63,654 bases of DNA, filler included, from Collodictyon triciliatum (GCA_043381765.1; 6 parts of 6 records of this genome joined end to end with filler, not necessarily neighbours in it), one strand, 5' to 3'; numbered from the whole stretch's first letter, positions 8,566 to 34,836 are shown. Program-made: numbers and translations. Notes: generated by a model from the sequence alone, not told the origin.

Positions 8566-9486
8566 ATGACTACACCTTTAAAAGATTTGCGATTTAGAAG
8601 ATCAGCAACAGATGAGGGGGAAACAGAGATGGGGGGCTCGGGTGGTTTTGCGCCAATGAGTGGATCACGACCTCAAAGTCAATTCTATGAAGCAAGTCAA
8701 TCCACTCGTCAACGTGCTAGTGCGCAAAGTGCGCAAAGTGCAAGCGGTGGTGGTGGTGGTGGGGACGACGATGATGATGACCCGTGGCGACGACGTGGTG
8801 GTGGTGGGCGTGGGCGTGGTGAGGCTGCACTTGAATTAGATTTAAATGAGTTTAAACTGGCAATAGCTCAAGGGTTTCGTATGGCTCAGAGTGATGACTT
8901 TGAAGCTGAATTGATTAGACAAAATCCAGAAATAAATGACCCGCCGCGAAGTCTATCTGATTTTATTGAACGTATGTATGACCCAGATGTGAGCGTATCA
9001 CAAAAGAGGCAGGACCTTGTTAAACAATTTGATGATTTGGGTGCGCAGTATATTCAATACCCTAATGAAAGCAATAGGGATATTGTTCAGCGACTAGACT
9101 TTATAAAAAAAATAAAATTGCAGAACGAAGCATATGCAGCTTTAAAAAGCGGTGAGCCTATCAAATTGGAAAAAGGATTTATGCAAACATCTGACTTTTC
9201 CCAGGAAAAGATTTTATCAACTGCCGTGAATGGTAGCCCCACTTCAAAAATTATACGATTCACAAATGGTATTTCCGAAGTCAAAATAGTTCCTGATGGT
9301 AATGGGCAATACTTTGGTGTGCAATCTGGCAAACGATTTGGTCCTGGGAAATTCCCTGACATCGAACGCTGGGCACAACGCGGTGGGTTTGAGGCAAACG
9401 AGAAACGTGAATTAAAAAATATTATGGACGCTATCAAGGACCCCGAAAAGATGAAGGCGGTCGTATTCAGAGCACGCAAACTTTAA
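8566..9486 (+). CDS. Hypothetical element protein (306 aa) with a Gly/Arg/Asp-rich N-terminus
   Basis: Intronless ORF 21 bp after the previous stop; GGGGGGDDDDDD and RRRGGGGRGRG; preceded by TCTTGTT(N6)ATG. Confidence 0.72.
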   Translation: MTTPLKDLRFRRSATDEGETEMGGSGGFAPMSGSRPQSQFYEASQSTRQRASAQSAQSASGGGGGGDDDDDDPWRRRGGGGRGRGEAALELDLNEFKLAIAQGFRMAQSDDFEAELIRQNPEINDPPRSLSDFIERMYDPDVSVSQKRQDLVKQFDDLGAQYIQYPNESNRDIVQRLDFIKKIKLQNEAYAALKSGEPIKLEKGFMQTSDFSQEKILSTAVNGSPTSKIIRFTNGISEVKIVPDGNGQYFGVQSGKRFGPGKFPDIERWAQRGGFEANEKRELKNIMDAIKDPEKMKAVVFRARKL

Positions 9487-9824
9487 AGGGTCGCTGGGTC
9501 GCTGGGTTTAACACCGGCTTGATTCCTCTATATGATTGGGCTGTGTGCAGAACTGCATAAACGTAAAGCCGGCTCATAGTAATTTATTATACTACCCAGA
9601 TAATCTATATAATCTATATAATCTATATATTATATAATAGTAAATAGGATAAATATCTATATAATAATCATGGGGGTTGATTCTATGTTAGTGTGTCAGT
9701 GTTTGCAGTCTCGCCTGTCATCGGCACACATCTTTCAGTGTCAGGGGTTATACTCGCCAAAACATACCAAATATAGTATCAGCGAACGGTTTCCAGGTGA
9801 ATTTTCGAGATTGCAGGGTTAAAG

Positions 9825-9866
9825 TGATATCTATATATACTTAATATTAAGTATATATAGATATCA
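9825..9866. repeat. 42-bp perfect palindrome
   Basis: TGATATCTATATATACTTAAT|ATTAAGTATATATAGATATCA; all 21 pairs complementary. Confidence 0.95.
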
Positions 9867-9941
9867 TTGGGTTTTTTTATTGGGTTTTTTTATTGGGTTT
9901 TTTTATTGGGTTTTTTTATTGGGTTTTTTTATTGGGTTTTT
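9866..9941 (+). repeat. Tandem 13-bp repeat (ATTGGGTTTTTTT) x5 plus one partial unit
   Basis: Units start at 9866, 9879, 9892, 9905 and 9918, with a shortened unit at 9931. Confidence 0.95.
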
Positions 9942-10259
9942 ATTTGACCAAAAGATAGAAAAAGACAGATAATTCTACTTTTAAGTAATATTAATTTATA
10001 AAATTCATAGAAATTTACTATTTAAGTGTATTCAAGAGCTAATTGAAAAAGCACGCCAATGCGGGTGTTGGTTGTTGATGTTTTGGCTTTTTCTTGACAA
10101 CAAAGAGGATTACACACCAGAAATCGAGGGATATGAAATGAGATTAAAATACTCACGAAATATACATCCTACCTTCCAGTTTGCGTTACTGCATTCGTCT
10201 AGTAATTTTTCTTCCAAAAATATGATGTTATATTTTATTTTCCAGAAATAATTAGTTTG

Positions 10260-11721
10260 ATGGAATTCTCAGTCTATTTCGGTATGACTACATGGATGAT
10301 TCCACACCAGCACCAGGTTTTCATGCGGTCTCATTTCAACACGCCAGAGGATGAACCGATAGACACCGACTGGAAGGCTGTCAAAGAGAAGCTCATCTCC
10401 TTGCTCAACGAGAAATCCAGCGAATTCAAGAAAAAAGGCAACATAGAGAGAAGGACACTCGAACGAGAAAGAGACTTTCTCATGTCAACCTCTACAAAAC
10501 CCTCATCGTGGAGCGAAGGGCATAAAAAGAAAATCGTATCGGTCGAAGATAAACTGATTGCACAGCTATCGGAGGATATCGCGGCTGAAAGGCAAAAATG
10601 GGAATCACGACACATCAGGTACTACGAGCAAATCGACCGATGGTTCTTCGGATTCGACAAAGAAAAAGAAATGACGCTCTACCCTCCACTGCCAGAGTCA
10701 GACGAGAATGAACCACTGCCACCTGAAGAGATTGGCAAAACCAACATCCAAAACTCCTACGCCGATGTGTGGAAGAAACGAGACTTTGACCGTGCCGCTC
10801 TCGACCTGGTGACAAACAACTGCTCTGTGGCGAACGAAAGGGAGGCAGAATCCATGGTCAAAGACATCGATGACAGCGAATTGTGGAGCGCAATCAAGTC
10901 CATGCTGAAGCGCAAAGCACCAGGCCCTGACCGCCTACCTAGTGAAGCGTACGCCACCTTCTTCCAAGTCATCAAGACATCCCTCCTGGGACTCCTAAAC
11001 AGCTTAATTGCAGATGCAGACAATATCCCGGATGGCTTTACAGAAGCAATGGTGCGTCTAATCCCAAAGAAAGAGGATGCAACTGAACTCATAGACTGGC
11101 GCCTGATATTGCTGCTCAACATCGACTACAAGATATTTGCCACAATCCTAAGAAACCGAATCACTGATATCGCCGACAGGCTCATATCAAAGGACCAAAT
11201 AGGATTCATGCGCGGCAGGAACATCGACACAAACATAGGCTCGTTAACAAGGAATACATGGAATATGAAGTCTACAAAGACCCACGCATCATGATATTCT
11301 ACGACCTTGAAAAAGCATATGACTATGTGAACCATGAAGCCCTAGAAATAGTCTTAAAAAAGAGGATTCTGCTCAAAGTTCACCACACTTATCAAGAAGC
11401 TACACGACAACGCCGCAACTAGGGTTCTGACTGCACACGGCCCTACTGACATAATCCAGAGACAAAGCGGCGTCTACCAAGGCTGCCCTCTGGCGCCGCT
11501 TCTCTTTAACTTTGTTGCCGACTGCCTTGCAATCCACTTCAGAAACAACAACAACAAAATCCGCAACCAGTTCCTCCTGCAATATGCCGACGATACAGCC
11601 TTCATCCTTCGCTCTCCTGAAGGCACTATCCTGGCAAATAAGTGCATGCAAGAATACACACTTGTAGTCGGAGGTAAAATCAACTTCAACAAAACAGACG
11701 GTATCCTATTCGGCCTACAGG
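10260..11721 (+). mobile_element. Degenerate non-LTR retrotransposon (L1/Tx1-like ORF2 reverse transcriptase); 5'-truncated, frameshifted, cut by the contig end
   Basis: KAPGPD, LIPKK, DWRLILLLNIDYKI and QIGFMRGR; then in shifted frames DLEKAYD, GVYQGCPLAPLLF, LQYADD and KINFNKT. Frameshifts near 11240-11290 and ~11360. No endonuclease domain seen. Confidence 0.9.
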
Positions 11722-11821
11722 NNNNNNNNNNNNNNNNNNNNNNNNNNNNNNNNNNNNNNNNNNNNTTAATTAATTAANNNNNNNNNNNNNNNNNNNNNNN
11801 NNNNNNNNNNNNNNNNNNNNN
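11722..11821. other. Artificial contig spacer N44-TTAATTAATTAA-N44
   Basis: Six-frame-stop linker repeated identically five times in the window. Confidence 0.97.
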
Positions 11822-12183
11822 AAAAAAAAAAAAAAAAAAAAAAAAAACAAAAAACAAAAAACAAAAAAAAACAAAAAACAAAAAACAAAAAACAAAAAAC
11901 AAAAAACAAAAAACAAAAAACAAAAAACAAAAAACAAAAAACAAATAAAAAAACAAAAAACAAAAAGAGAGAAAAAGGCAACTTATGCGATCAATATCTG
12001 AGATATAATCAATTAAGTCGAATGATGGGGGGTGGGGACTGGCCCATCCAAACTCCTTGACCAAACGTGTACAGGAAAAAGTGAAACTTCTGATCTTTCT
12101 TTAGTCTCACTGCCTCACGCGCCGTAACGCCAAAGATATTCTGCCCCTGAACAACCGAGCACAGCTTTCGTTTCACGAGAATC

Positions 12184-22420
<10,237 letters not shown>

Positions 22421-22521
22421 GTAAATCTCTGAAGTATTACGTATTTATCTTTATTCAGCATCTGCATAAAAAAAAGCAGAGATTCCTTTCAAAATTGCTC
22501 AGTGCACGGGCTTCAATCCGC

Positions 22522-22637
<116 letters not shown>

Positions 22638-23371
22638 TTCAAATTGCGCAAGATGGGACGTTTCGACTTCGACTCATTCGTCACAACGCACTTGATATAT
22701 TATCAATTTTTATTCAGATGCAAATATCTTATTCACATCCATTTATGATTGTATTGTATATAATGAAGCCATACTTCTGGATACGTTTCTTGGTGCCAGA
22801 AGTTCATTTGAAGGTGTTATCGCCGAGACTGACATTCACAGGTAATTTCGTCATTTTGAATTGTGGTAATGATATTTTCTTTTATTTTCTTTCTTCTCTC
22901 GGGGTATTATTAATTGTATGTATATGTCCACGATCCACGAACACCCACGAATTATTTATATATCAAAGTCAAAACTTTTACTATCTTGCACAAACTGAAA
23001 GCAAGAATATATAACATACGACCCTTGATGATACTATGTACGGGAAAATCAATGTGCCAGATTTGCTGAAGCATGGATGATAGTGTGCGAGCAAGATAAT
23101 ATTTATGTGATGAAATCGGTGAGTAGCAAGACTATAATTCCATCAAAAAGCAATATAGTGATACGCATCATATGATACTACATGTGTCTGCAAGTATATC
23201 TTTATGAAAATAACTTTTATCACACCGAATATTATCGTAGTCTCGAATTGTCATACTACTTGGGCTCCTTGGTCGTCCTTTCCATCATGGTAAGACATGG
23301 CTCTTGAATCAGCGACTTTTTAATGCTTGTTTTTATAATTTTTGATTTTATTTTTGCAAGTATTCTTTTAG

Positions 23372-23459
<88 letters not shown>

Positions 23460-23559
23460 NNNNNNNNNNNNNNNNNNNNNNNNNNNNNNNNNNNNNNNNN
23501 NNNTTAATTAATTAANNNNNNNNNNNNNNNNNNNNNNNNNNNNNNNNNNNNNNNNNNNN
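23460..23559. other. Artificial contig spacer
   Basis: N-TTAATTAATTAA-N. Confidence 0.97.
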
Positions 23560-23699
23560 AAAAAAAAAACAAAAAAAAAAAAAAAAAAAACAAAAAACAA
23601 AAAAAAAAAAAACAAAAAAAGAAAAAAACAAAAAAACAAAAAAACAAAAAACAAAAAAACAAAACAAAAGAGCAAACCTAACCCAAACGAACCGCTCAG

Positions 23700-26600
23700 G
23701 TGCATGCCAAGCTGGGCCACCTGCTGAAGGCGATGATCCCGGAGCCGTTCCACGTGCACGTGGTGGAGGCCGGGGAGACGAGCAAGACGCGGGGCCACAA
23801 GGGGCGGGTGGAGGACTGGATGCTGGGGCTGCGGTGCGACCGGGGGAGCGTGGTGGTTGCGGTCGGGGGCGGGGTGGTGGGGGACCTTGCGGGGTTTGTG
23901 GCCGCGACGTACCTGCGCGGGGTGCGGGTGGTGCAGGTGCCGACGACGCTGCTGGCGATGGTGGACTCGAGCATCGGGGGCAAGACGGGGGTGAATGCGG
24001 CGGGGGGCAAGAACCTGATCGGGGCCTTCCACCAGCCCACGCGCATCTACCTGGACCCGACGGTGCTGCGGACGCTGCCGCGGCGGCAGGTGTGCAACGG
24101 GCTTGCGGAGGTGGCCAAGTGCGGGGCGATCTGGGAGGAGGAGCTGTTTGCGTTCCTGGAGCGGGAGGCGGACGCGCTGCTGGCCGGCGAGGCGGACGCG
24201 CTGCTCCACGTCATCAGCCGCAGCGCCGCCATCAAGGCGCACGTGGTGACGCAGGACGAGAAGGAGACGCTGGGGCTGCGCGCGCTGCTCAACTTCGGGC
24301 ACACGGTGGGGCACGCGGCGGAGGCGCTGCTGCACCCGGGCGTGCTGCACGGCGAGTGCGTCAGCATGGGCATGGTGGCCGAGGCCGAGATTGCCCGCGC
24401 CCTGGGGCACCTGCCGCCCGCCGCCGTGGGCCGCCTCGTGCGCCTGCTGCGCGCCCTGGCCCTGCCCGTCCGCATCCCCGCCGCCCTGCCGCTCCACGCC
24501 CTGATGGCCCGCATGGCCCTGGACAAGAAGAACCAGCGCGGCGCCGTCCGCATGGTCCTGCTCGCCGCCGTCGGCCGCCCCCTCGTCCCGGACGCCGTCC
24601 CGGTCCCGCTCCCCGACATCCGCCTCGCCCTCAGCCGCGCCTGCAGCGTCGTCCCCTCCCCGTCCCCGTCCCCGTCCCCATCGCAGCCCGTCCGCCTGCG
24701 CGTCCCCGGCTCAAAGTCCGTCTCCAACCGCGCCCTCCTGCTCGCCGCCCTCGCCGCCGGCAACTGCAGACTCCGCGGCCTGCTGCACTCGGACGACACC
24801 AGCGTCATGATGGACGCGCTGCAGCGCCTCGGGTGCGCAAGCTTCCGGTGGGAGGAGCACGACACGCTGCTGCACGTGGCCGGGGGCGCAGGCCGCATCC
24901 ACGCCCCGCACCCGCCCGCCCCGCTCTACATGGGCAACGCCGGCACGGCCATGCGCTTCCTCACCACCGCCGCCACGCTCGTGCGCGACGCCGACGTCGT
25001 CCTCACCGGGTCCCGCCGCATGAGGGAGCGCCCCATCCGCGACCTCGTCGACTCGCTCAACGCCGTCGGCGCCCGCGTCCACCATCTCGACACCCCCGGC
25101 TGCCCGCCCCTCCGCGTCGAGGCCACCGGCTTCCACGGCGGGCCCATGCTGCTCTCCGCCGCAGTCTCCAGCCAGTTTGTCTCCTCCGTCCTGCTCAGCG
25201 CCCCTTACGCCCTCAACCCCGTCGTCCTCACCCTCCGCGAGAAGACCCCCGTCTCCCAGCCCTACATCGACATGACCCTCCAGCTCATGGCCCGCTTCGG
25301 CGTCTCCGTCCGCGTCCAACAGCCCCCGCCAGACTCCGACCACGGCGCCTCCTACCACGTCCCCCAAACTCCCTACACAAGCCCTGCCCTCTTCGACGTC
25401 GAGGCCGACGCCTCCTCCGCCACCTATCCTTTGGCCATCGCCGCAATCACAGGCTCTGCTGTCTGCGTCGACGCCGTCGGCTCCTCCAGTGTCCAGGGTG
25501 ACGCCCGCTTCCACCTCTTCCTCCAGGCCATGGGCTGCACCGTCGCACAGGACGAAGCCTCCACCTCCGTCCAAGGCCCTGCCCTCGGCTGCCTCCAGGC
25601 CGTTCAGGCTGACTTTGCTGACATGACCGACGCCTTCATGACTGCTGCCGTCCTCGCAGCCGTCGCCAAAGGAACTACCCGCATCACAGGCATCGCAAAC
25701 CAGCGTGTCAAGGAGTGCAACCGCATCGCCGCAATGGTCACCGAGCTCTCAAAGTGCGGTGCCACTATTGCCGAACTCCCAGACGGCCTCGTCATCGAAG
25801 GCAAACACCCTTCTCTGCTGCATGGCGCATCCATCCACTGTTACGATGACCACAGAATCGCAATGAGCTTCGCTGTCCTTGGTTGCATCGTCCCAGGAAT
25901 CATCATCACTGACAAGTTTTGTGTCGAAAAGACTTACCCAGAATTCTGGGATGACCTCCAAAGACACTTTCGCCTGCAAGTAATTCCAGGATGTGATGTC
26001 TCCAATCAGCCTTCGTCTTCAACTGATTCTTCTTCATCAACATCAACATCAACATCAACACCTTCATCTTCGACTGATTCTTCTTCTTCTTCAACTGCCT
26101 CTGTGCTTTCATCCCTAAGCGAATCTGATTCGCCTTCCATCATCCTCGTTGGAATGAGAGGTGCCGGGAAAACGACGCTCGGGAAAACGGCCGCGCGCAT
26201 TCTCAAATGGAGATTCATCGACATCGATGAATACATGACCGAATTCATCTTTAAGGTTCCAATCACAGAATACGTCGCACAAAACGGCTGGCCTGCATTC
26301 CGTGCTCAAGAAGAAGAAACCGTTCGTCTCATCTTAAATACTTACCCAGCAAATACAATCATATCCATGGGTGGCGGTGTCGTCGAATCCGAGTCCCTTC
26401 GCACCCTCTTGCAGAATAGAAATGTTTGCCCAATCGTAGTCCAAATTAAAAGAAACATCGACGAAATCATAAAGTACCTGGAAGCAGATCAATCTAGACC
26501 AAAACACGCAGAACACCCAAAGGATACATGGGAAAGAAGAAAGACATGGTATTCAAAAGTTTGCAACTTTGACTTCCCCATCATCTCCAATGACACAGAC

Positions 26601-29283
26601 CCTGCAAAATCTGGATTTGAGTTTTCAAATTTCATTAACCGCATTATTGCAAACAAACTTTCATCCATTCGAAAATCATCATCATCATCCTTATCTTCTT
26701 CCTCTCCATTTTGCGTCATCCCACCTGTTTCGTCCAGCGACTCTTATTTCTTGTCCCTCACCTACCCAGACTTGACGGAATACACAAAAGATTTAGCCTT
26801 GGTAACAACTGGGGCTGACGCCGTAGAACTAAGGATAGACTTGTTAAAGTCTCAAAATCAGGATTTCATCGAAGGTCAGCTCGCAATCCTCAGGAGATAC
26901 ACCAATCTCCCAGTCATCTACACAGTTCGTTCAGAATCTCAGGGCGGTGCTTTCGAAGGAGAAGAAGCAGATTATATGAAGCTCGTTGAAATTGGTATTC
27001 GTCTGGGATGCGAATACATCGATATGGAAACATCCTGGAGCATCTCCGCTCAATCTGGTATCCTCCAATCAAAAAGCGCCTCTCGTATCATCGCATCATA
27101 TCACGAGCGTAGTGAAGATTGGGCAGATTCAGATGTAATTGCGGCATTCGAAAATTGCCTATGTGAAGGAAAATCAGACATCGCGAAAGTCGTCTTCCAT
27201 GCTACAAGTGCAGAACAAGGGGCTCGTGTTCATGCAATTGTTTCTAGCCTCCCAAATCCTCGAAATGTTCCTTTCATCGCCATATGCACAGGAGAAAAAG
27301 CAAATTTTTCAAGGATTCTAAACTCTTTCTTGACTCCTGTCACTCACCCCGCACTTCCAACACCTGCTGCTCCTGGCCAGTTGTCCATCAAGGAGATTGC
27401 CGTTACTAAATCGATGCTAAAGCTCGCAAAGCACAAAAAATTCCATCTCTTTGGAGGTTCCTCTATTGCGCACTCTCCCTCCCCAACATTGCATAATTCA
27501 GCTTTCGAAAGGTATATGGTGCCTTTCAACTACTCCATTTTGCCAGCAGAAAACGCAGCCGACTATGTGAGCACACTGCGCGAAGCCGACTTTGGCGGGG
27601 CATCTGTCACAATTCCCCATAAGGAATCAATCGGAGTACATCTCGATGTAATTTCTTACCATGCCAATCAAATTGGAGCAGTGAACACAATCAAGGTATG
27701 GTTCTGGATATATTTTAATTTTTTTAATTTTATGATTATACTATCTTTGATTTGTTTATTTTATCTTGGTCTATCTTGATTTGGTTTATCTTGGTCTATC
27801 TTGGTTTGATTTGGTTTGTTTCGTTTAGTTCATGAAGACAATGCAATATATAAGAGAAAGTTCTGAAGCCGTGTGTTGAAGTTCGGTATCCCTTCCAGGG
27901 ATTTTTTTTTTCCATTTTATTCAAACATCCATGCTTACGATGTAATTTAAAATAGGCAATTCATGTGGCAGGCTTTAGTGGAAAGAGTGGTGAGAACCGA
28001 CTCCTCTATGGAGACAATACTGATTGGTTGGCTCTAAGAGACATAGTAAATCTTCAATAGAATAATTTTTTCTTCCACTCGCTTCTCCTTCTTGTATCTA
28101 GATTTATCTATATTCATGTTAAAAAAAATAAAAGAATATTATTTGGATCTATTATCATCCAATCCATGAATTCTCTAATCTAATACATATTAATATCCGA
28201 TTTAACATTTCCATCTTTGAAGATTTGCCAGAAACTGGATGTCAGCCCTCAAAACTGTGCATCGGCCGGGTTTAAAGCCCTCGTAATAGGCGCCGGAGGA
28301 ACCGCCCGTGCAGCATGCTATACACTCACATATTTAGGTTTCGATGTAACAATTTACAACAGAACTGTCGAGAAAGCCACTGCGCTTGCCGATAAGTTTG
28401 GCTGTAAGGTAAGTTCTTCTTCATATCACTCTCTTACATGATGAATCGAACAATTGGTTGGGAATCTCACTCTTTTTATAAAATTTTGCGATTTACAACA
28501 ATGAGGTTTAATTTGCGTCCTTTTTTTTTTTTTTTTTTATTACACACTGCCTGTTTTGCTATCTCTTTATTTCGTTTATGACCGCCCAACCATCCGTCTA
28601 TGCAACAAATCCTTCTTTTTCCTTTTCTTTTATTCATTTTTTTTTGGATTAATACATTTAGGTGGCAGCATCTTTGGAGGATGTTGGCGTGACTCCTTTC
28701 CATGTTGTAGTTGGTACAGTCCCCGCAACAGCATCATTTGCACTTCCAAGCGCAGTCTATGAAAAGTACGAATTTTTTGCTTTTTTAAAAAAAAACCTCT
28801 CTTTATTTTCATCTTGATGACGCACTTTAAACGAATCATCAATGGGTGCTTCGCTGGGTGCATAATCATTTCCTCTTAGCCAGTTGTCGACTGCATAATT
28901 ATTACTCTTCCCTTGTCATTTAATTTTCAAATATTTTTTCGTTTATCATGTGAACTAATTTCTGATTTAATTATTTGATGATATAATTGCGCAAAATGCA
29001 TCAGAAAACGAAGAGTCTTTGGGTATTTCTGTTTCTGCACACACACACTTACAACACCCTTTGCTGTTTTAACAGATCAAAGCCACTTGTTATTGACTTT
29101 GCCTACAAACCCCGCGAAACGGCACTCCTGCTTGGTGCTCGGCAAAACGGATGCGACACTGTGGAGGGAATCGAGCTTCTCATCCAACAAGGCCTTTACC
29201 AATCCGAACTATGGACAAAGCTCAGTGCGCCACGCGACCTTGTTGCATCAGCCGTCTACGAATTTGCATCCAAAAGCTCATAG
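23700..29283 (+). CDS. ARO1: Pentafunctional AROM protein (DHQ synthase, EPSP synthase, shikimate kinase, type I DHQ dehydratase, shikimate dehydrogenase); 5' exon(s) missing
   Basis: DHQS: GGGVVGDLAGF, PTTLLAMVDSSIGGKT, LNFGHTVGHA. EPSPS: PGSKSVSNR, GNAGTAMRF, SSQFVS, RVKECNRI, DDHRIAMSF. Kinase: GMRGAGKT. DHQase: AVELRID, PAAPGQ. SDH: HSPSP, SVTIPHK, GAVNT, GDNTDW, GAGGTARA. Exons approx. 23700-27695, 27956-28045, 28223-28409, 28662-28765, 29076-29283. Confidence 0.96.
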
Positions 29284-29956
29284 AAGCGTTTCATTTCAGG
29301 CGCCCAACCCCGGCTGTCCGCACCCCCTAAACAAACACCCGCAGAGAATCCTAAACCCCTGCAAAACCAACAAAACAGCAATAAACCAGAAGCCCCCAAA
29401 GAAGGAGAGGAGATACCAAACCACATCATACGGTACCAAATACACCACACTTATAGCACCGGAATTCTCGATAATTCTCTGCATTTTGGGCGGTGTGGGT
29501 GGCTCGGGCGCTTTGAACATTCAAACTTTTGAATTGCAGCCACCAAACAATCCACACAAAATAGCCCGACCTAGAGTCAGAGGCCGTTGTCTTCGTGCGC
29601 TGAAGAGAGCGCGGCGGCGGCGACTCGCAAGTGGTCTCTACGGGCCTGTGAGCCTTCCGATCGCGCAACTGATCATTCGTGTTTCATGGGAATGCATTGG
29701 GCGTTTCAGAGTATATTAGCAAACCGGCATATAAGTTCAACAGCGAAGATACGTCGCCATATGTTCCCGTGCCCCAAAAGGTTACTTATCGGGAGCGAAA
29801 AAACAAACAAACAAACAATAACAACCAACTGCTTCTCGTGAAAGATTTGCCTTGGGCAAATCCCAGAATCTCAAAGTCTCAAAAGACTTAGCACTCGACC
29901 TTTTCCCCCCTGTAACAACTAATATACTCCAGGCGATTCAACACTCCTCCACCAGC

Positions 29957-34836
<4,880 letters not shown>

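Larger units (their letters stand above)
1..9945. mobile_element. Endogenous Polinton-like/virophage-like DNA element; left end truncated, right boundary approximate
   Basis: Six intronless ORFs, mostly with very short gaps (1 bp at 3043/3045, 36 bp at 4500/4537, 21 bp at 8544/8566), in a genome whose other genes are intron-rich. Encodes a primase-SF3 helicase and a Maverick-type DDE integrase, and ends in a palindrome plus tandem repeats. Confidence 0.8.

Noticed and set aside
4537-9486. Major capsid protein, pPolB or packaging ATPase among the unassigned ORFs
   Set aside because: No PolB motifs, no Walker A/B pair, and the sequences look helical or low-complexity rather than jelly-roll. 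A structure search is needed to exclude this fully.
9866-9941. CRISPR-like array
   Set aside because: Repeats are contiguous with no spacers, and no cas genes are present.
11766-11777. Recurrent palindrome TTAATTAATTAA (also at 23504, 35237, 49812, 61571)
   Set aside because: Always centred in a 100-nt N block; an artificial six-frame-stop contig linker.
23508-25574. Long overlapping ORFs (555 aa on +; 329, 283 and 287 aa on -)
   Set aside because: Shadow ORFs caused by extreme GC3 in the AROM exon.
23700-25600. Bacterial contaminant contig
   Set aside because: The GC-rich part is in frame with a fused AROM that has spliceosomal introns and lies next to MCM3.
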